Both the position numbers and the translations under genes were made by a program. Shown here in pieces: positions 7,859 to 17,083 of a stretch of DNA of 22,926 nt. Numbering within the stretch: the first letter of the stretch is position 1; the number at the start of each line of letters is the position of its first letter. Source of the DNA: an uncultured virus (IMG/VR IMGVR_UViG_3300037067_026316) (lineage: Duplodnaviria; Heunggongvirae; Uroviricota; Caudoviricetes); the IMG/VR virus record IMGVR_UViG_3300037067_026316. The stretch is one strand, 5' to 3'. The notes under the pieces are model-generated. The model saw only the letters and a list, made by a program, of their open reading frames with translations, did not search any database and was not told where the DNA came from.

Positions 7859-8722
7859 ATGTTAAATATGATGATAGATGAAAAACCCATTAGACCATCA
7901 TATAATACTTATTTTATGGATATATGTAAGGTAGTAGCCACAAGATCAACCTGTATAAGGCACCATGTAGGAGCTATCATTACAAAAAATAAAAGAATAT
8001 TATCAACCGGATACAATGGTGCTCCTGCTGGTTTACATCATTGCATCGATATTGGATGTCCTAGAAAAGATATGCCTTCAGGCACTATGCATGAGTTATG
8101 TAGAGCTGTCCATGCAGAACAAAACGCTATTATTCAAGCAGCCTTACACGGAATATCTATAGAGGGAGCAACTCTCTATTGCACCCATCAACCATGTATT
8201 CTCTGCTCAAAAATGATTATTAACTCTGGAATTGTTGAAGTAGTTTATGAAGAAGAATATAACGAGAAATCTGGTCTAAAAATGCTTAGAGAAGCCGGGA
8301 TAAAAATATTACAGTATAAAAAATATGAAGAATTAGATAAAATAGAGATGGATATACATGAATATAAGATGAATAATATGAAATCTTCCTGCAACTTATA
8401 TAAAAAATCAACATTAGAAATAATAGAATTTAGTCATAATCATAATAATCAAGAAGGGCTTTATACTCATTCTCATTCTTTTTCTATAAATGAAACTAAT
8501 AACCATCAGTATACAGATCCTATATTAATAGATTTAGATCCTTCTATACCAGGTCCACAAGATAAACACCCTAACCTATTTCTTCAAACCGTTGTAAACC
8601 ATCATTATGTTTCACAAGATTTACATCATAAAAATGAATATAACAAAGGTATGCTTGATTGTCAGAATGTACCTATACCTGCATGGAAAAGAATAGAAAT
8701 AAGAAAAATAAAAGAGGTTTAA
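7859..8722 (+). CDS. dCMP deaminase (ComEB-like) with His-rich C-terminal extension
   Basis: RSTC..HVGA, TGYNGAP, HAEQNAI and PCILC zinc-deaminase motifs. About 130 extra residues follow the deaminase domain. Confidence 0.9.
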   Translation: MLNMMIDEKPIRPSYNTYFMDICKVVATRSTCIRHHVGAIITKNKRILSTGYNGAPAGLHHCIDIGCPRKDMPSGTMHELCRAVHAEQNAIIQAALHGISIEGATLYCTHQPCILCSKMIINSGIVEVVYEEEYNEKSGLKMLREAGIKILQYKKYEELDKIEMDIHEYKMNNMKSSCNLYKKSTLEIIEFSHNHNNQEGLYTHSHSFSINETNNHQYTDPILIDLDPSIPGPQDKHPNLFLQTVVNHHYVSQDLHHKNEYNKGMLDCQNVPIPAWKRIEIRKIKEV

Positions 8723-8725
8723 AAA

Positions 8726-9181
8726 ATGAAAATTCCCATACCTGGTAATATAAGAAAAGCAAAAGTAGAAATTTTTTTAGGCAAAAGACTAGCAGATACC
8801 TATATAGCTATAGACGATAAGCCGTTGCCATATAGAAGTATTATTATTTATCAACTAGTTGATAAAACATACGTCTTCTTGGAAAGAGTATGCGATTATT
8901 CCGGGAATTGTACAGAGAAACTACTTTTAAATCCAATTGAGGAAAATATTGCAGCATTTCCGTTGATAGTTCGAACTACAAAAGATAACCTAGAATTCTT
9001 CTCCAAGACAGATATGCCAAATAATATAGAAACAGTTTTATGTTCAATAATTGAAGACCAAAAGAAAGAGATAGAAGATCTAAAAGCTACTATTAATAAA
9101 CTATCTAGAAATCTATGTTCTAATGAAGATAAAGATATCCTTGATTTACTAAATACATTGAAAAAGAGTAGAAAATGGTAA
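8726..9181 (+). CDS. Hypothetical protein with C-terminal coiled coil
   Basis: GAGG RBS, operonic spacing, heptad pattern in IEDQKKEIEDLKATINKL. Confidence 0.65.
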   Translation: MKIPIPGNIRKAKVEIFLGKRLADTYIAIDDKPLPYRSIIIYQLVDKTYVFLERVCDYSGNCTEKLLLNPIEENIAAFPLIVRTTKDNLEFFSKTDMPNNIETVLCSIIEDQKKEIEDLKATINKLSRNLCSNEDKDILDLLNTLKKSRKW

Positions 9182-9327
9182 ATCCTGACACTCCTTGTGT
9201 AAAGTGCGGGAAGCCTGGGGCATATTGGTATAGCTTCAAGGTATGTTTGTGTCCGGAACATGGCCGTGAGGCTGCAAACAAGAGAGAACAGAGGCTTCCG
9301 TGGAATGTAAGTAAAGAGAAAGAATAG
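9175..9327 (+). CDS. Small C3H zinc-finger protein, 50 aa (MVNPDTPCVKCGKPG...LCPEH), not in the ORF track
   Basis: CxxC ... LCxxH. Fills the gap between flanking + strand genes. Confidence 0.6.
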   Translation: MVNPDTPCVKCGKPGAYWYSFKVCLCPEHGREAANKREQRLPWNVSKEKE

Positions 9328-9342
9328 AAGAGAGATGTTACT

Positions 9343-9645
9343 ATGACAAAGCTTACTAAAGAAGAAGTCCGACAAATGCTAATAAACTGGTTGAATAAAA
9401 ATGAGGGATTTGGAGATAATACAAGTGCTTTGCTAACAAGATTTATTGAAAAAGAAAAAATATGTCCGGAAGTAGTTATTGAAATAGCAGAAGAGATGGC
9501 AAAAGAATATTTCAGACTAGATGATGGTAGAATTATAATGCCTTATAAACAAAAAATAAATATATTTTTATCAGAACAATTTTCTGATGAACTTAGAGCT
9601 CATCGCACATTTCATACCGGAGGTATACTATGTCCGAAAATTTAA
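9343..9645 (+). CDS. Hypothetical protein
   Basis: 100-aa ORF, last gene of the + strand run, convergent with the next gene. Confidence 0.6.
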   Translation: MTKLTKEEVRQMLINWLNKNEGFGDNTSALLTRFIEKEKICPEVVIEIAEEMAKEYFRLDDGRIIMPYKQKINIFLSEQFSDELRAHRTFHTGGILCPKI

Positions 9646-9671
9646 AATAAAAAAATAAAATGTTTATATTT

Positions 9672-10157
9672 TTATCTGATAGTAGTTCGGCCTCCAGCTC
9701 CCAGCTTTACAGGAGTAATCTTCTTCTGTTCCGGCTTATTATCTTTCCACCAAAGCCGCATCATAAGGACAACAGCAATACCATCTGTACCAAACTCATC
9801 TTCCCATGCCTGAAGAGTATAGAACTTCTTCAAGTTATTGGGAGCTACCAGTAGGATACCTCTTCCTGCATATGCATTCTGCAGGAAATTTATGGTTAGC
9901 TCATCCTTAATAAATCCAATTACATTATCATATTTCTTCTGAGGATCGTATGGAATCTCTGCAGGCCCGTCTTCCGTATCAACTACAATTGATTTGATAA
10001 GGTTAGTAAATCCCAAATATGGGCTCGCGATCCTTATCTGAGATGGCATAGAAGCTGTTTCAGGCGGGAACTTACACAATCCAGCAAGAAAATCTTCTTC
10101 TCCTTCTTCTCCTTCCCCTACTTCCATTTCAATTTCATTAATTTCATTTGTCGGCAT
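9672..10157 (-). CDS. Hypothetical protein with acidic N-terminus
   Basis: Track ORF 9672-10202. GAGGAAGG precedes ATG 10157 (MPTNE). Confidence 0.65.
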   Translation of the reverse strand: MPTNEINEIEMEVGEGEEGEEDFLAGLCKFPPETASMPSQIRIASPYLGFTNLIKSIVVDTEDGPAEIPYDPQKKYDNVIGFIKDELTINFLQNAYAGRGILLVAPNNLKKFYTLQAWEDEFGTDGIAVVLMMRLWWKDNKPEQKKITPVKLGAGGRTTIR

Positions 10158-10167
10158 ATTTCCTTCC

Positions 10168-10539
10168 TCACATAAACTGATTTGCATAGGAGGTATATCC
10201 ATGCTTCCAACTGCCTATTGCTTGGCTGCTGATGAATGAAAGCCATGAGCAATTGCTGTGTAAAAGAATAGATTTACTCTCCTCCTCTTTTTCTCCTTCC
10301 TTCTGAATAAAATCAGTATCTTTCAACTCCATCCTTACATAGTCTGGATTGCTCCAAAATTCTCTTACAACCATTATAGAGTCTTCTGACGCTGTTTTTA
10401 TTTCTATATGCTTTGATATCTTTTTTTCATTATCTGGAAAATTGTTACTATCAAAGCTTGAAGAAAGGATGTTACTAGTAGCGATTATCACTACCAGCAA
10501 CAGTATTCTCTTCATGATAATTCCTTTCCCTCTCCTCAT
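10168..10539 (-). CDS. Secreted hypothetical protein
   Basis: MKRILLLVVIIAT signal peptide. The real start is probably the second Met. Confidence 0.55.
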   Translation of the reverse strand: MRRGKGIIMKRILLLVVIIATSNILSSSFDSNNFPDNEKKISKHIEIKTASEDSIMVVREFWSNPDYVRMELKDTDFIQKEGEKEEESKSILLHSNCSWLSFISSQAIGSWKHGYTSYANQFM

Positions 10540-10558
10540 CTATGCCTGTCTTTTTGTT

Positions 10559-11287
10559 TCAAACACAAGGTAACCAATCTACGCTTATAGCGCCGCAAGT
10601 AGAGTTGCCCCATAGCTGAATGAACTTGTTAATAGCAAAGACTCCAGTCAAATCATCTACTGATCTACCATACTCAGCATGGCGGCCTTTAAGCAATCTA
10701 TCAGGTTCAGGATTTCTAGATATCCATCCAATGTGAGCAGTACCTATTACATTGCTGTTAATGTTCGCTTCAAGGACTCCAGTGCAGCAGTTCTCTACAC
10801 AAGCATTGTCATACCCTCTAGTCTTTATCTCAGTAGTTCTCTGCAGGTGCTCAGCATGGGAATACATCTCAGTAAGAACGGCTCCTATCCTATAATTCTG
10901 TACACATAGCTTGTCTACCCATTTTGCATCATAGGTGCCGGTCTGATATGAGATAGGCATATACTCAAACTCAGCATCTTTGGTAAAGTTAATGTAATCC
11001 ATTCCACAGATATTAGGGTAGGTACAATTCATCTTAGCTCCATCCCTATCGAGCTGCCGCTCAACTTCCAATTCAGTATTAAGCGTGATTACATTACCAG
11101 AACCAGCAACTTTTTCAACCAACTTCTGACCCTTGAATCCAGTCTGAGTTTGAACAATCTTCTCCTGTTCAAGATATCCAACTCCTTTTATACTAGACTT
11201 TTCATACATATAATTAGATGCTCCGGAGATGCTTATCCCGATAGTAAAAAGGGATAGCAAAACCAGAATCATAAGCAATTTCCTCAT
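10559..11287 (-). CDS. Secreted Cys-containing hypothetical protein
   Basis: GGAGATGAG RBS, signal peptide MRKLLMILVLLSLF, eight Cys in the mature part. Confidence 0.75.
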   Translation of the reverse strand: MRKLLMILVLLSLFTIGISISGASNYMYEKSSIKGVGYLEQEKIVQTQTGFKGQKLVEKVAGSGNVITLNTELEVERQLDRDGAKMNCTYPNICGMDYINFTKDAEFEYMPISYQTGTYDAKWVDKLCVQNYRIGAVLTEMYSHAEHLQRTTEIKTRGYDNACVENCCTGVLEANINSNVIGTAHIGWISRNPEPDRLLKGRHAEYGRSVDDLTGVFAINKFIQLWGNSTCGAISVDWLPCV

Positions 11288-11418
11288 CTATCTCATCTCC
11301 TTTCTCTTATTTACTTCTGATTGAAAAGAGCTTATGATATTTATTCTTTGTTAAATCGTCTATTGCCGAAAGGCAATAGATACTAGTTTCGTCTATTTAT
11401 AAAGGACGAAAATCTATT

Positions 11419-11450
11419 TATACAGGATAACAGTACTGTTATCCTGTATA
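11419..11450. promoter_or_regulatory. Perfect 32-bp palindrome overlapping a TATA box in a divergent intergenic region
   Basis: TATACAGGATAACAGTACTGTTATCCTGTATA equals its own reverse complement. It overlaps TTTATA at 11417-11422. Confidence 0.75.
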
Positions 11451-11474
11451 TTTCAAATTTCAAGGAGGATTTGC

Positions 11475-12002
11475 ATGAACGTATCGATGAGAATGGCATC
11501 TACATATATTGGAGGAGCGGCATTAAAGTCTAAGCTCTTGGATGAGGCAGTTAATTTTGTACTAGCTGCAGGGAACTTAGGATCAATGAAGCTTATTAAG
11601 GAGCTTTCTTTAACTCCTGAAGAAGATGGAATGGAAACTAAATACAGACTTCAAATAGAAGGTTTAACGTATCCAATGGATGATGATATATACTCAAAGA
11701 CATTAGATAGCATTTCAAAGCTATGGATTCCATCAGTTGTAGGATCATATACAATTCCAGTTATAAATCTCTTACCAGATAACAACTTTGAGATACCTAT
11801 AGGTAAATGCGTCTTCTGTGACCTGATCGCTCTGCAGAAGATAACCAGGCTAGCAAAAACTTGTACTACGATTTTCATGGAAATAGATGCAAAAAGCATT
11901 GAGATTAGAGGGTGCAACTTTCACTACTCTCTAGGAACAATTAGACGAAAATGGGAAAAAGATGCTATAATACTCCGACAAGTGGAGAAGATGTACAAAT
12001 AG
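11475..12002 (+). CDS. Hypothetical protein
   Basis: AGGAGG RBS, 175 aa, no recognised motif. Confidence 0.7.
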   Translation: MNVSMRMASTYIGGAALKSKLLDEAVNFVLAAGNLGSMKLIKELSLTPEEDGMETKYRLQIEGLTYPMDDDIYSKTLDSISKLWIPSVVGSYTIPVINLLPDNNFEIPIGKCVFCDLIALQKITRLAKTCTTIFMEIDAKSIEIRGCNFHYSLGTIRRKWEKDAIILRQVEKMYK

Positions 12003-12014
12003 GGATGATTTACC

Positions 12015-12608
12015 ATGAGAACGTTAACGAAAGAACAAACTGATATCATCAATGAACAGTTGAGCAGAGCTCAAGCTGTTCATATAGAACAAGATGGAAG
12101 TATTATAATTAAAGAAGGAAATGAAATAAAGCCTTTAGGTAATTGTATAGGTTCGTATATATTTTTAAGATATTTAAAACCTTCAGACTTTGAAGCAGAA
12201 TTTGCAAAAACACTTTCTCTTAGAGAAGAAAACTACAAGACCGCCTTACTACAATTTTGTACAGAAAAGATACAAAAATTAGAGAGTCTAACTAAAGAAC
12301 AAAGTGAATCTATAAGCCCTTTGCTAAATAGTGCTAAATATGTCCTTATAGAACATGATGGGAAGATCACTATTAAGGATCATATGAATTGTTTTATATG
12401 TATCTATAAAAAGAAAGATTTTGATTTAAAAGAGGTAAAAAATCTAGTAGATAACGGCGATTTAGAGCGTCTAGCTACAGAATTCAGCCATATACAGATA
12501 ATAAAAGATTTACCAGATTTATTAAAGAGTCTTATAAAACAGATAAATCAGCAAGACATTAGGATCAAGGGTTTAGAAGGACAACTTTACTTATTAGGAG
12601 GCGGATAA
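12015..12608 (+). CDS. Hypothetical protein with an internal duplication
   Basis: LTKEQTDII..L..A..V.IEQDGSIIIKE is repeated as LTKEQSESI..L..A..V.IEHDGKITIKD. C-terminal coiled coil. Confidence 0.7.
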   Translation: MRTLTKEQTDIINEQLSRAQAVHIEQDGSIIIKEGNEIKPLGNCIGSYIFLRYLKPSDFEAEFAKTLSLREENYKTALLQFCTEKIQKLESLTKEQSESISPLLNSAKYVLIEHDGKITIKDHMNCFICIYKKKDFDLKEVKNLVDNGDLERLATEFSHIQIIKDLPDLLKSLIKQINQQDIRIKGLEGQLYLLGGG

Positions 12609-12609
12609 A

Positions 12610-13059
12610 ATGGCAATAGATGGTAAGGTAGATTTCCAAAGATTCAGAAGGGCTTTTAGCCTAGCAATGGCTAATGAATTCGATGTAGACCCTTTAGTAC
12701 AAGATGCAGCAAAGAAGGAAATTGTCAACCAAATGCCCATGCTAATGAAGGAGCTGAATAGATTTAGAAAGATGGAAAAGCTTAGAAAGAATGAAAGGGA
12801 CAATATGGTACATGGGGCAATCAACGTAGGTTCGTACAAGATTCCCTTGATGATACCTCAAGAAGAACAGCTAGAACAGGGAGAGACATTTTTTTTCGGA
12901 AAACTAGCTCTTGTCGACTTCATTAACGACGATCAGGGTAATATCGATCAATGTAATATAATTCTAAATGATATAGAAATTAAAGACATAGAGAAGGCAA
13001 AAGCGCTAGAAGATAAAGTAGTAAGTGTAAAGATAAGAGAGTACATAAAAAGGAGGTAG
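12610..13059 (+). CDS. Hypothetical protein
   Basis: GGAGG RBS, operonic. Confidence 0.7.
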   Translation: MAIDGKVDFQRFRRAFSLAMANEFDVDPLVQDAAKKEIVNQMPMLMKELNRFRKMEKLRKNERDNMVHGAINVGSYKIPLMIPQEEQLEQGETFFFGKLALVDFINDDQGNIDQCNIILNDIEIKDIEKAKALEDKVVSVKIREYIKRR

Positions 13060-13064
13060 TATAA

Positions 13065-13352
13065 ATGAATAACGATAAAAACAAATATCTAACTGAAGAG
13101 AGGATAAATGAATGCCTTATAGATATATATAATATTATATATCAAAAGGTTAACGATGGAAAGCTCGGATGGTATTCTCCTATCGAATTAGCAGAATTTA
13201 TTGATATATTTATTGATGCAACGGGAATTGAAAAGAGCGATAAAAAGCCTTTGGATGCTTTTCTATATGGAGTAATATTTACAATGGAACTTATTAATCA
13301 AGCAAATAGAAAAGATAATAAGCCTGACGAAAGCAAGAGATGCTTGAATTAA
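13065..13352 (+). CDS. Hypothetical protein
   Basis: AGGAGGT RBS. Followed by a T8 run (13355-13362), a likely archaeal terminator. Confidence 0.65.
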   Translation: MNNDKNKYLTEERINECLIDIYNIIYQKVNDGKLGWYSPIELAEFIDIFIDATGIEKSDKKPLDAFLYGVIFTMELINQANRKDNKPDESKRCLN

Positions 13353-13468
13353 TATTTTTTTTGAATGTGTCAAAGGTTAAAATGAAAAAATATAGGATAT
13401 ATTTTGATAAAATGGGTAAAACGATGAATTTTGTAAAAACGAGAATATTCCTTGTTAAGCATTGAAAA

Positions 13469-13534
13469 GGCTGAGATAAAGCTGAGAAAAAGTTAAGATA
13501 AGACTAAGAAAGGAATAAGATAGGACTGAGAAAA
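13469..13534 (+). repeat. Six imperfect 11-bp tandem repeats (iteron-like)
   Basis: GGCTGAGATAA AGCTGAGAAAA AGTTAAGATAA GACTAAGAAAG GAATAAGATAG GACTGAGAAAA. Confidence 0.55.
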
Positions 13535-13756
13535 TAAGAAGAAGATGGAATACACATAAAATAATAAAAAACTATCTATGTGAATGAAGAATCAAACTAA
13601 AAAATGTAAGATAGATATTGAGTTAGAACTGAATAGAAAAAGTTAGGAAGCTCGTAAAATGCCCGTAAATCAACGATCTCTCTGGAAGGTAGAGGGTTGC
13701 CCGGAAAAAGGGAAGAAATGCCCGGAAAGAAAGGATAGGATGGTAAGGAGAAGGTT

Positions 13757-16225
13757 ATGATGGACATAGAGAAGGTCAATAAATCAACTACAGATCAGAT
13801 AGCTAATTTGCCAGAGATAAGAATACCACAGAACTTGCAAAAACCCGAGTTTCGGTTTGTTAAACTCATAATGTGGGAAAAGAAGGCTTTTGAGCCTGGT
13901 TGGACTCGTACAACAAACTATACTCATGATGCTATAGGGCTGCGGAACTGGTTAGCTAAAGGCGGAAACTATGGAGTGAGTACAGGGATAGGCGGGCTTC
14001 TGGTAGTGGATATCGATAATGTAGCACGAATGGAAGAGCTGGGAATTCTGGAGAGAATGCCGGAGACCTATACAGTACGAACCAGGAGCGGAGGGCTTCA
14101 TTTCTACTATATATGCAATGATTTTGATAAAAAAAGGATAATGTATGATCTGGTAAAGACTCAAACTTACGTAAGCGGCGGGAAAGAGTCTCAGGGATAC
14201 ATGCACCTGGGGGAAATGCAATGGATGGGGCAACAGGTAGTAGGGCCTACATCCCGGTATAGGGAAATAGGAGAAGATTCTTCAGTAAGAATACAAATCT
14301 GGAAGGAAGAAAATCTTTCAGCAATAAGAGAAATTAGTTTTTCTGAAATAATGAATGTGTTCACTAGCAAAGTCCGTTTTAGCAGAAAATTAGAAAATCC
14401 AGCAACTGAAGAGGATGATATAGAAAGTATGGAGAAAGCAGAAAAAACAAGAGTAGGAAAGATAAAAAGAACTCAAAAAAGTTCCAGAATTGAGCCTCTT
14501 AAGATAGGATGGTTGGATAAGATTAAAATAGCTGATATAGCGCTGCCGAATCCTATAATAAAGAGCGATCCTAATGGGTCTGGAGAAATTCAGGGTGGGC
14601 ATCCTTTACATGGATCAGATAATGGACTTAATTTTTCTGTAAATGTGAAAAAGAATATCTGGCATTGCTTTAGGGATGATAGCGGTGGAGGGCCTCTTGA
14701 ACTAGTAGCTATGATGAATGGCTTAATTGAGTGTGGAGAGGCTGGCAGAGGCTGCCTGCTAAAAAGAGAAGGGCTATTACAGAAGACCATAGAACTCTTA
14801 ATCAACAAGTATGACATAGATCCTAAAGAAATTCCTTATGAAATCAGAGAAGGAAAAGCAACAGAGATTAAGATTTCTCGCGTAAAAAGAATTGTAGAGT
14901 CTGTTGCAGAATATATGAATATAATAACCCTTTCTGCAAGTGAAAAGAGTTTAATTTATCAGGATGGGGTCTATAAAGAAGCTCCAAATTTAATCTTGAA
15001 AAGTTTTTGTCTATCACTTGGAGCAATGACCAATAACATGAGATCTGAATGTCTGGAAATGCTAAAAGCATCTACTGTAGTAGATGAAAGGGATATGGAT
15101 AATGATCCTTTTGCGATTTGTGTAGAGAATGGAATCTTATCAATTAACCCGGAAACATGGGAAATAACTTTGCTTCCTCATGATCCCAATTACATGAATA
15201 TGATAAAACTTCCAATATCATATGTTCCTGATAGCAATTGTCCTAAGATTAAGGAATTTATTAAAGATTTGTTTATAACAAATATGTGCCCTATTTGCCA
15301 TAAAGCTATTGATGGAGATATATGCGAAAAATGCAGAATTAAAGGAGTAGAAATCGGATATAATTCTATTCTTACTGTAGAGGAGCTTTTTGGATATTTG
15401 ATATTTAAGAGGCATTTTATCCATAAAGCTTTTCTATTTGTAGGAGCAGGAAGAAATGGAAAGAGTACGCTTCTAGGACTCATGAGGAGTTTTCTTGGAG
15501 ATGAAAATGTAACATCAATTCCTATTCAGAAGTTAGAGGATCGATTTACTCCTTCGGAACTGTTTGGGAAGCTGGCAAATATCAGTGGGGATATCTCCAC
15601 TGAAGCTTTAAAACATACAGAAAGATTTAAAGAAATAACAGGAGAAGACTTTTTGTTGGTAGAGAAAAAATTTCAGCATCCCTTTCCAATGGTAAATATA
15701 GCAAAACAAATATTTACCGGAAACCAAGTGCCGAAGACAGGAGATGGAAGTTATGGATTTTATTCACGGTTTATTATTCTTAATTTTCTGAAAAGATTCG
15801 ATTTCGAACCTGGAGCTGACAAAGCTCCAAACCCGAATTTACTGAGAGATCTTACATCTCCGGAAGAGATGAGCGGATTGTTAAACCTAGCATTGGATAG
15901 GCTAAAGGATTTAGTGGCTAATAACAAATTTACAGGAGCCTTAAGCGTATCGGAAACATCAGAAATGTTTGAAGAGTTATCGAATCCTGAAGATGTAATC
16001 AGGCAATTCTATGGAGAGTGCTTGGTTCCTCAGCCTAATGGGTTTGTAGGAACTTTAGAGTTAGATCAAAAGTTTCAAGAGTGGACAAAGATATATGGGT
16101 ATAAACCTATATATATAAACATATTTATTAAGCTCTTGAAAAAAATGTACCATTTGAGGAGCATGAGGAAGAATATAAATGGGCACTACATAACGGTTTT
16201 ACTAGGTATTGAAATGCAGAAATAA
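13757..16225 (+). CDS. Primase-helicase: bifunctional Prim-Pol N-terminus, Zn-finger-like domain, D5/P4-family SF3 helicase
   Basis: NYGVSTG..LLVVDID and TVRTRSGGLHFYY (Prim-Pol). HPLHGS..NFSVN..WHCF..GGG (CHC2-like). ICVENGIL (D5_N). Walker A GAGRNGKST, LFGKLANISGD, FKEITGED, IFTGN and arginine finger SRF. Confidence 0.9.
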   Translation: MMDIEKVNKSTTDQIANLPEIRIPQNLQKPEFRFVKLIMWEKKAFEPGWTRTTNYTHDAIGLRNWLAKGGNYGVSTGIGGLLVVDIDNVARMEELGILERMPETYTVRTRSGGLHFYYICNDFDKKRIMYDLVKTQTYVSGGKESQGYMHLGEMQWMGQQVVGPTSRYREIGEDSSVRIQIWKEENLSAIREISFSEIMNVFTSKVRFSRKLENPATEEDDIESMEKAEKTRVGKIKRTQKSSRIEPLKIGWLDKIKIADIALPNPIIKSDPNGSGEIQGGHPLHGSDNGLNFSVNVKKNIWHCFRDDSGGGPLELVAMMNGLIECGEAGRGCLLKREGLLQKTIELLINKYDIDPKEIPYEIREGKATEIKISRVKRIVESVAEYMNIITLSASEKSLIYQDGVYKEAPNLILKSFCLSLGAMTNNMRSECLEMLKASTVVDERDMDNDPFAICVENGILSINPETWEITLLPHDPNYMNMIKLPISYVPDSNCPKIKEFIKDLFITNMCPICHKAIDGDICEKCRIKGVEIGYNSILTVEELFGYLIFKRHFIHKAFLFVGAGRNGKSTLLGLMRSFLGDENVTSIPIQKLEDRFTPSELFGKLANISGDISTEALKHTERFKEITGEDFLLVEKKFQHPFPMVNIAKQIFTGNQVPKTGDGSYGFYSRFIILNFLKRFDFEPGADKAPNPNLLRDLTSPEEMSGLLNLALDRLKDLVANNKFTGALSVSETSEMFEELSNPEDVIRQFYGECLVPQPNGFVGTLELDQKFQEWTKIYGYKPIYINIFIKLLKKMYHLRSMRKNINGHYITVLLGIEMQK

Positions 16226-16643
16226 AATTTGTAATAAGATATATAGATATCAAGAGAGCGTTATACAGGGTAATATCGTTATCGGTCGCAGGGTCTAGAG
16301 AAATGCAAAACGCAAAAAAATGGCTCCTAATGTCGATTTGCCGTTTTTTTCTAACTACTCTTTCTCTCTTTATTCCATAAAAAAAAAAAAATAGGATAGG
16401 AGGGAAAAAGGTGTTTGCTGTTTGACCATTTTAGATAGTAGCGGGTTGAAAATGAATTTATTTTACATGTTAATCCCTGTGAGGCACACTGAAAATACCC
16501 TGTATATGGCGCTAGATAGCGAAAGCAAAAATCATTAAAATGAATACTTTTTAATGCTAAATCTATGAAAATGATTAATTCTTTGATATCAATTACAAAT
16601 CAGAAAAAGATATAAGTTAAGATATCAAAGGGGTAGTTATAGG

Positions 16644-16988
16644 GTGGTATTTATAGTACAGATTGATCCTGCAAGTATTACAGAAGATAATGTAGCTTCT
16701 GTTTTAGGGGCATTGGTAGTAGAAATCCAAAACATGAATAACAAAATTGACGAAAAAATGGATATAACTAATAGGACTATTGACGAAAAAATTGGGAATT
16801 TATCAGGGAGGCTTATTGTTATTGAAAATACTTTAAGAGAGCACGAAAATATGTTTTGGGGACCATTTAGATTCTCACGTTGCGATTTATTTCCTTTTAT
16901 ATGGAGACATAAATGGTTATTGTTATTATTGTGGACGTTATTATCTGTATGGGTTAGTGCTATTGATTATGTAGTAAAAAGCTTATAG
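16644..16988 (+). CDS. Small membrane protein (coiled coil plus C-terminal transmembrane helix)
   Basis: WLLLLLWTLLSVWVSAI hydrophobic segment preceded by a coiled coil. Start uncertain. Confidence 0.6.
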   Translation: MVFIVQIDPASITEDNVASVLGALVVEIQNMNNKIDEKMDITNRTIDEKIGNLSGRLIVIENTLREHENMFWGPFRFSRCDLFPFIWRHKWLLLLLWTLLSVWVSAIDYVVKSL

Positions 16989-17083
16989 GAGCTGAATAAC
17001 TGAAGAGAGGAAGAGTTAATTACTATAAACATAAGCCATACAAGAAGAGGAGACAGATTAGTAAAATATCTGCTGCAGGAAGA

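Noticed and set aside
16262..16274. ACAGGGTAAT resembles half of an I-SceI site
   Set aside because: It is only a partial match with no vector context, so it is treated as coincidental.
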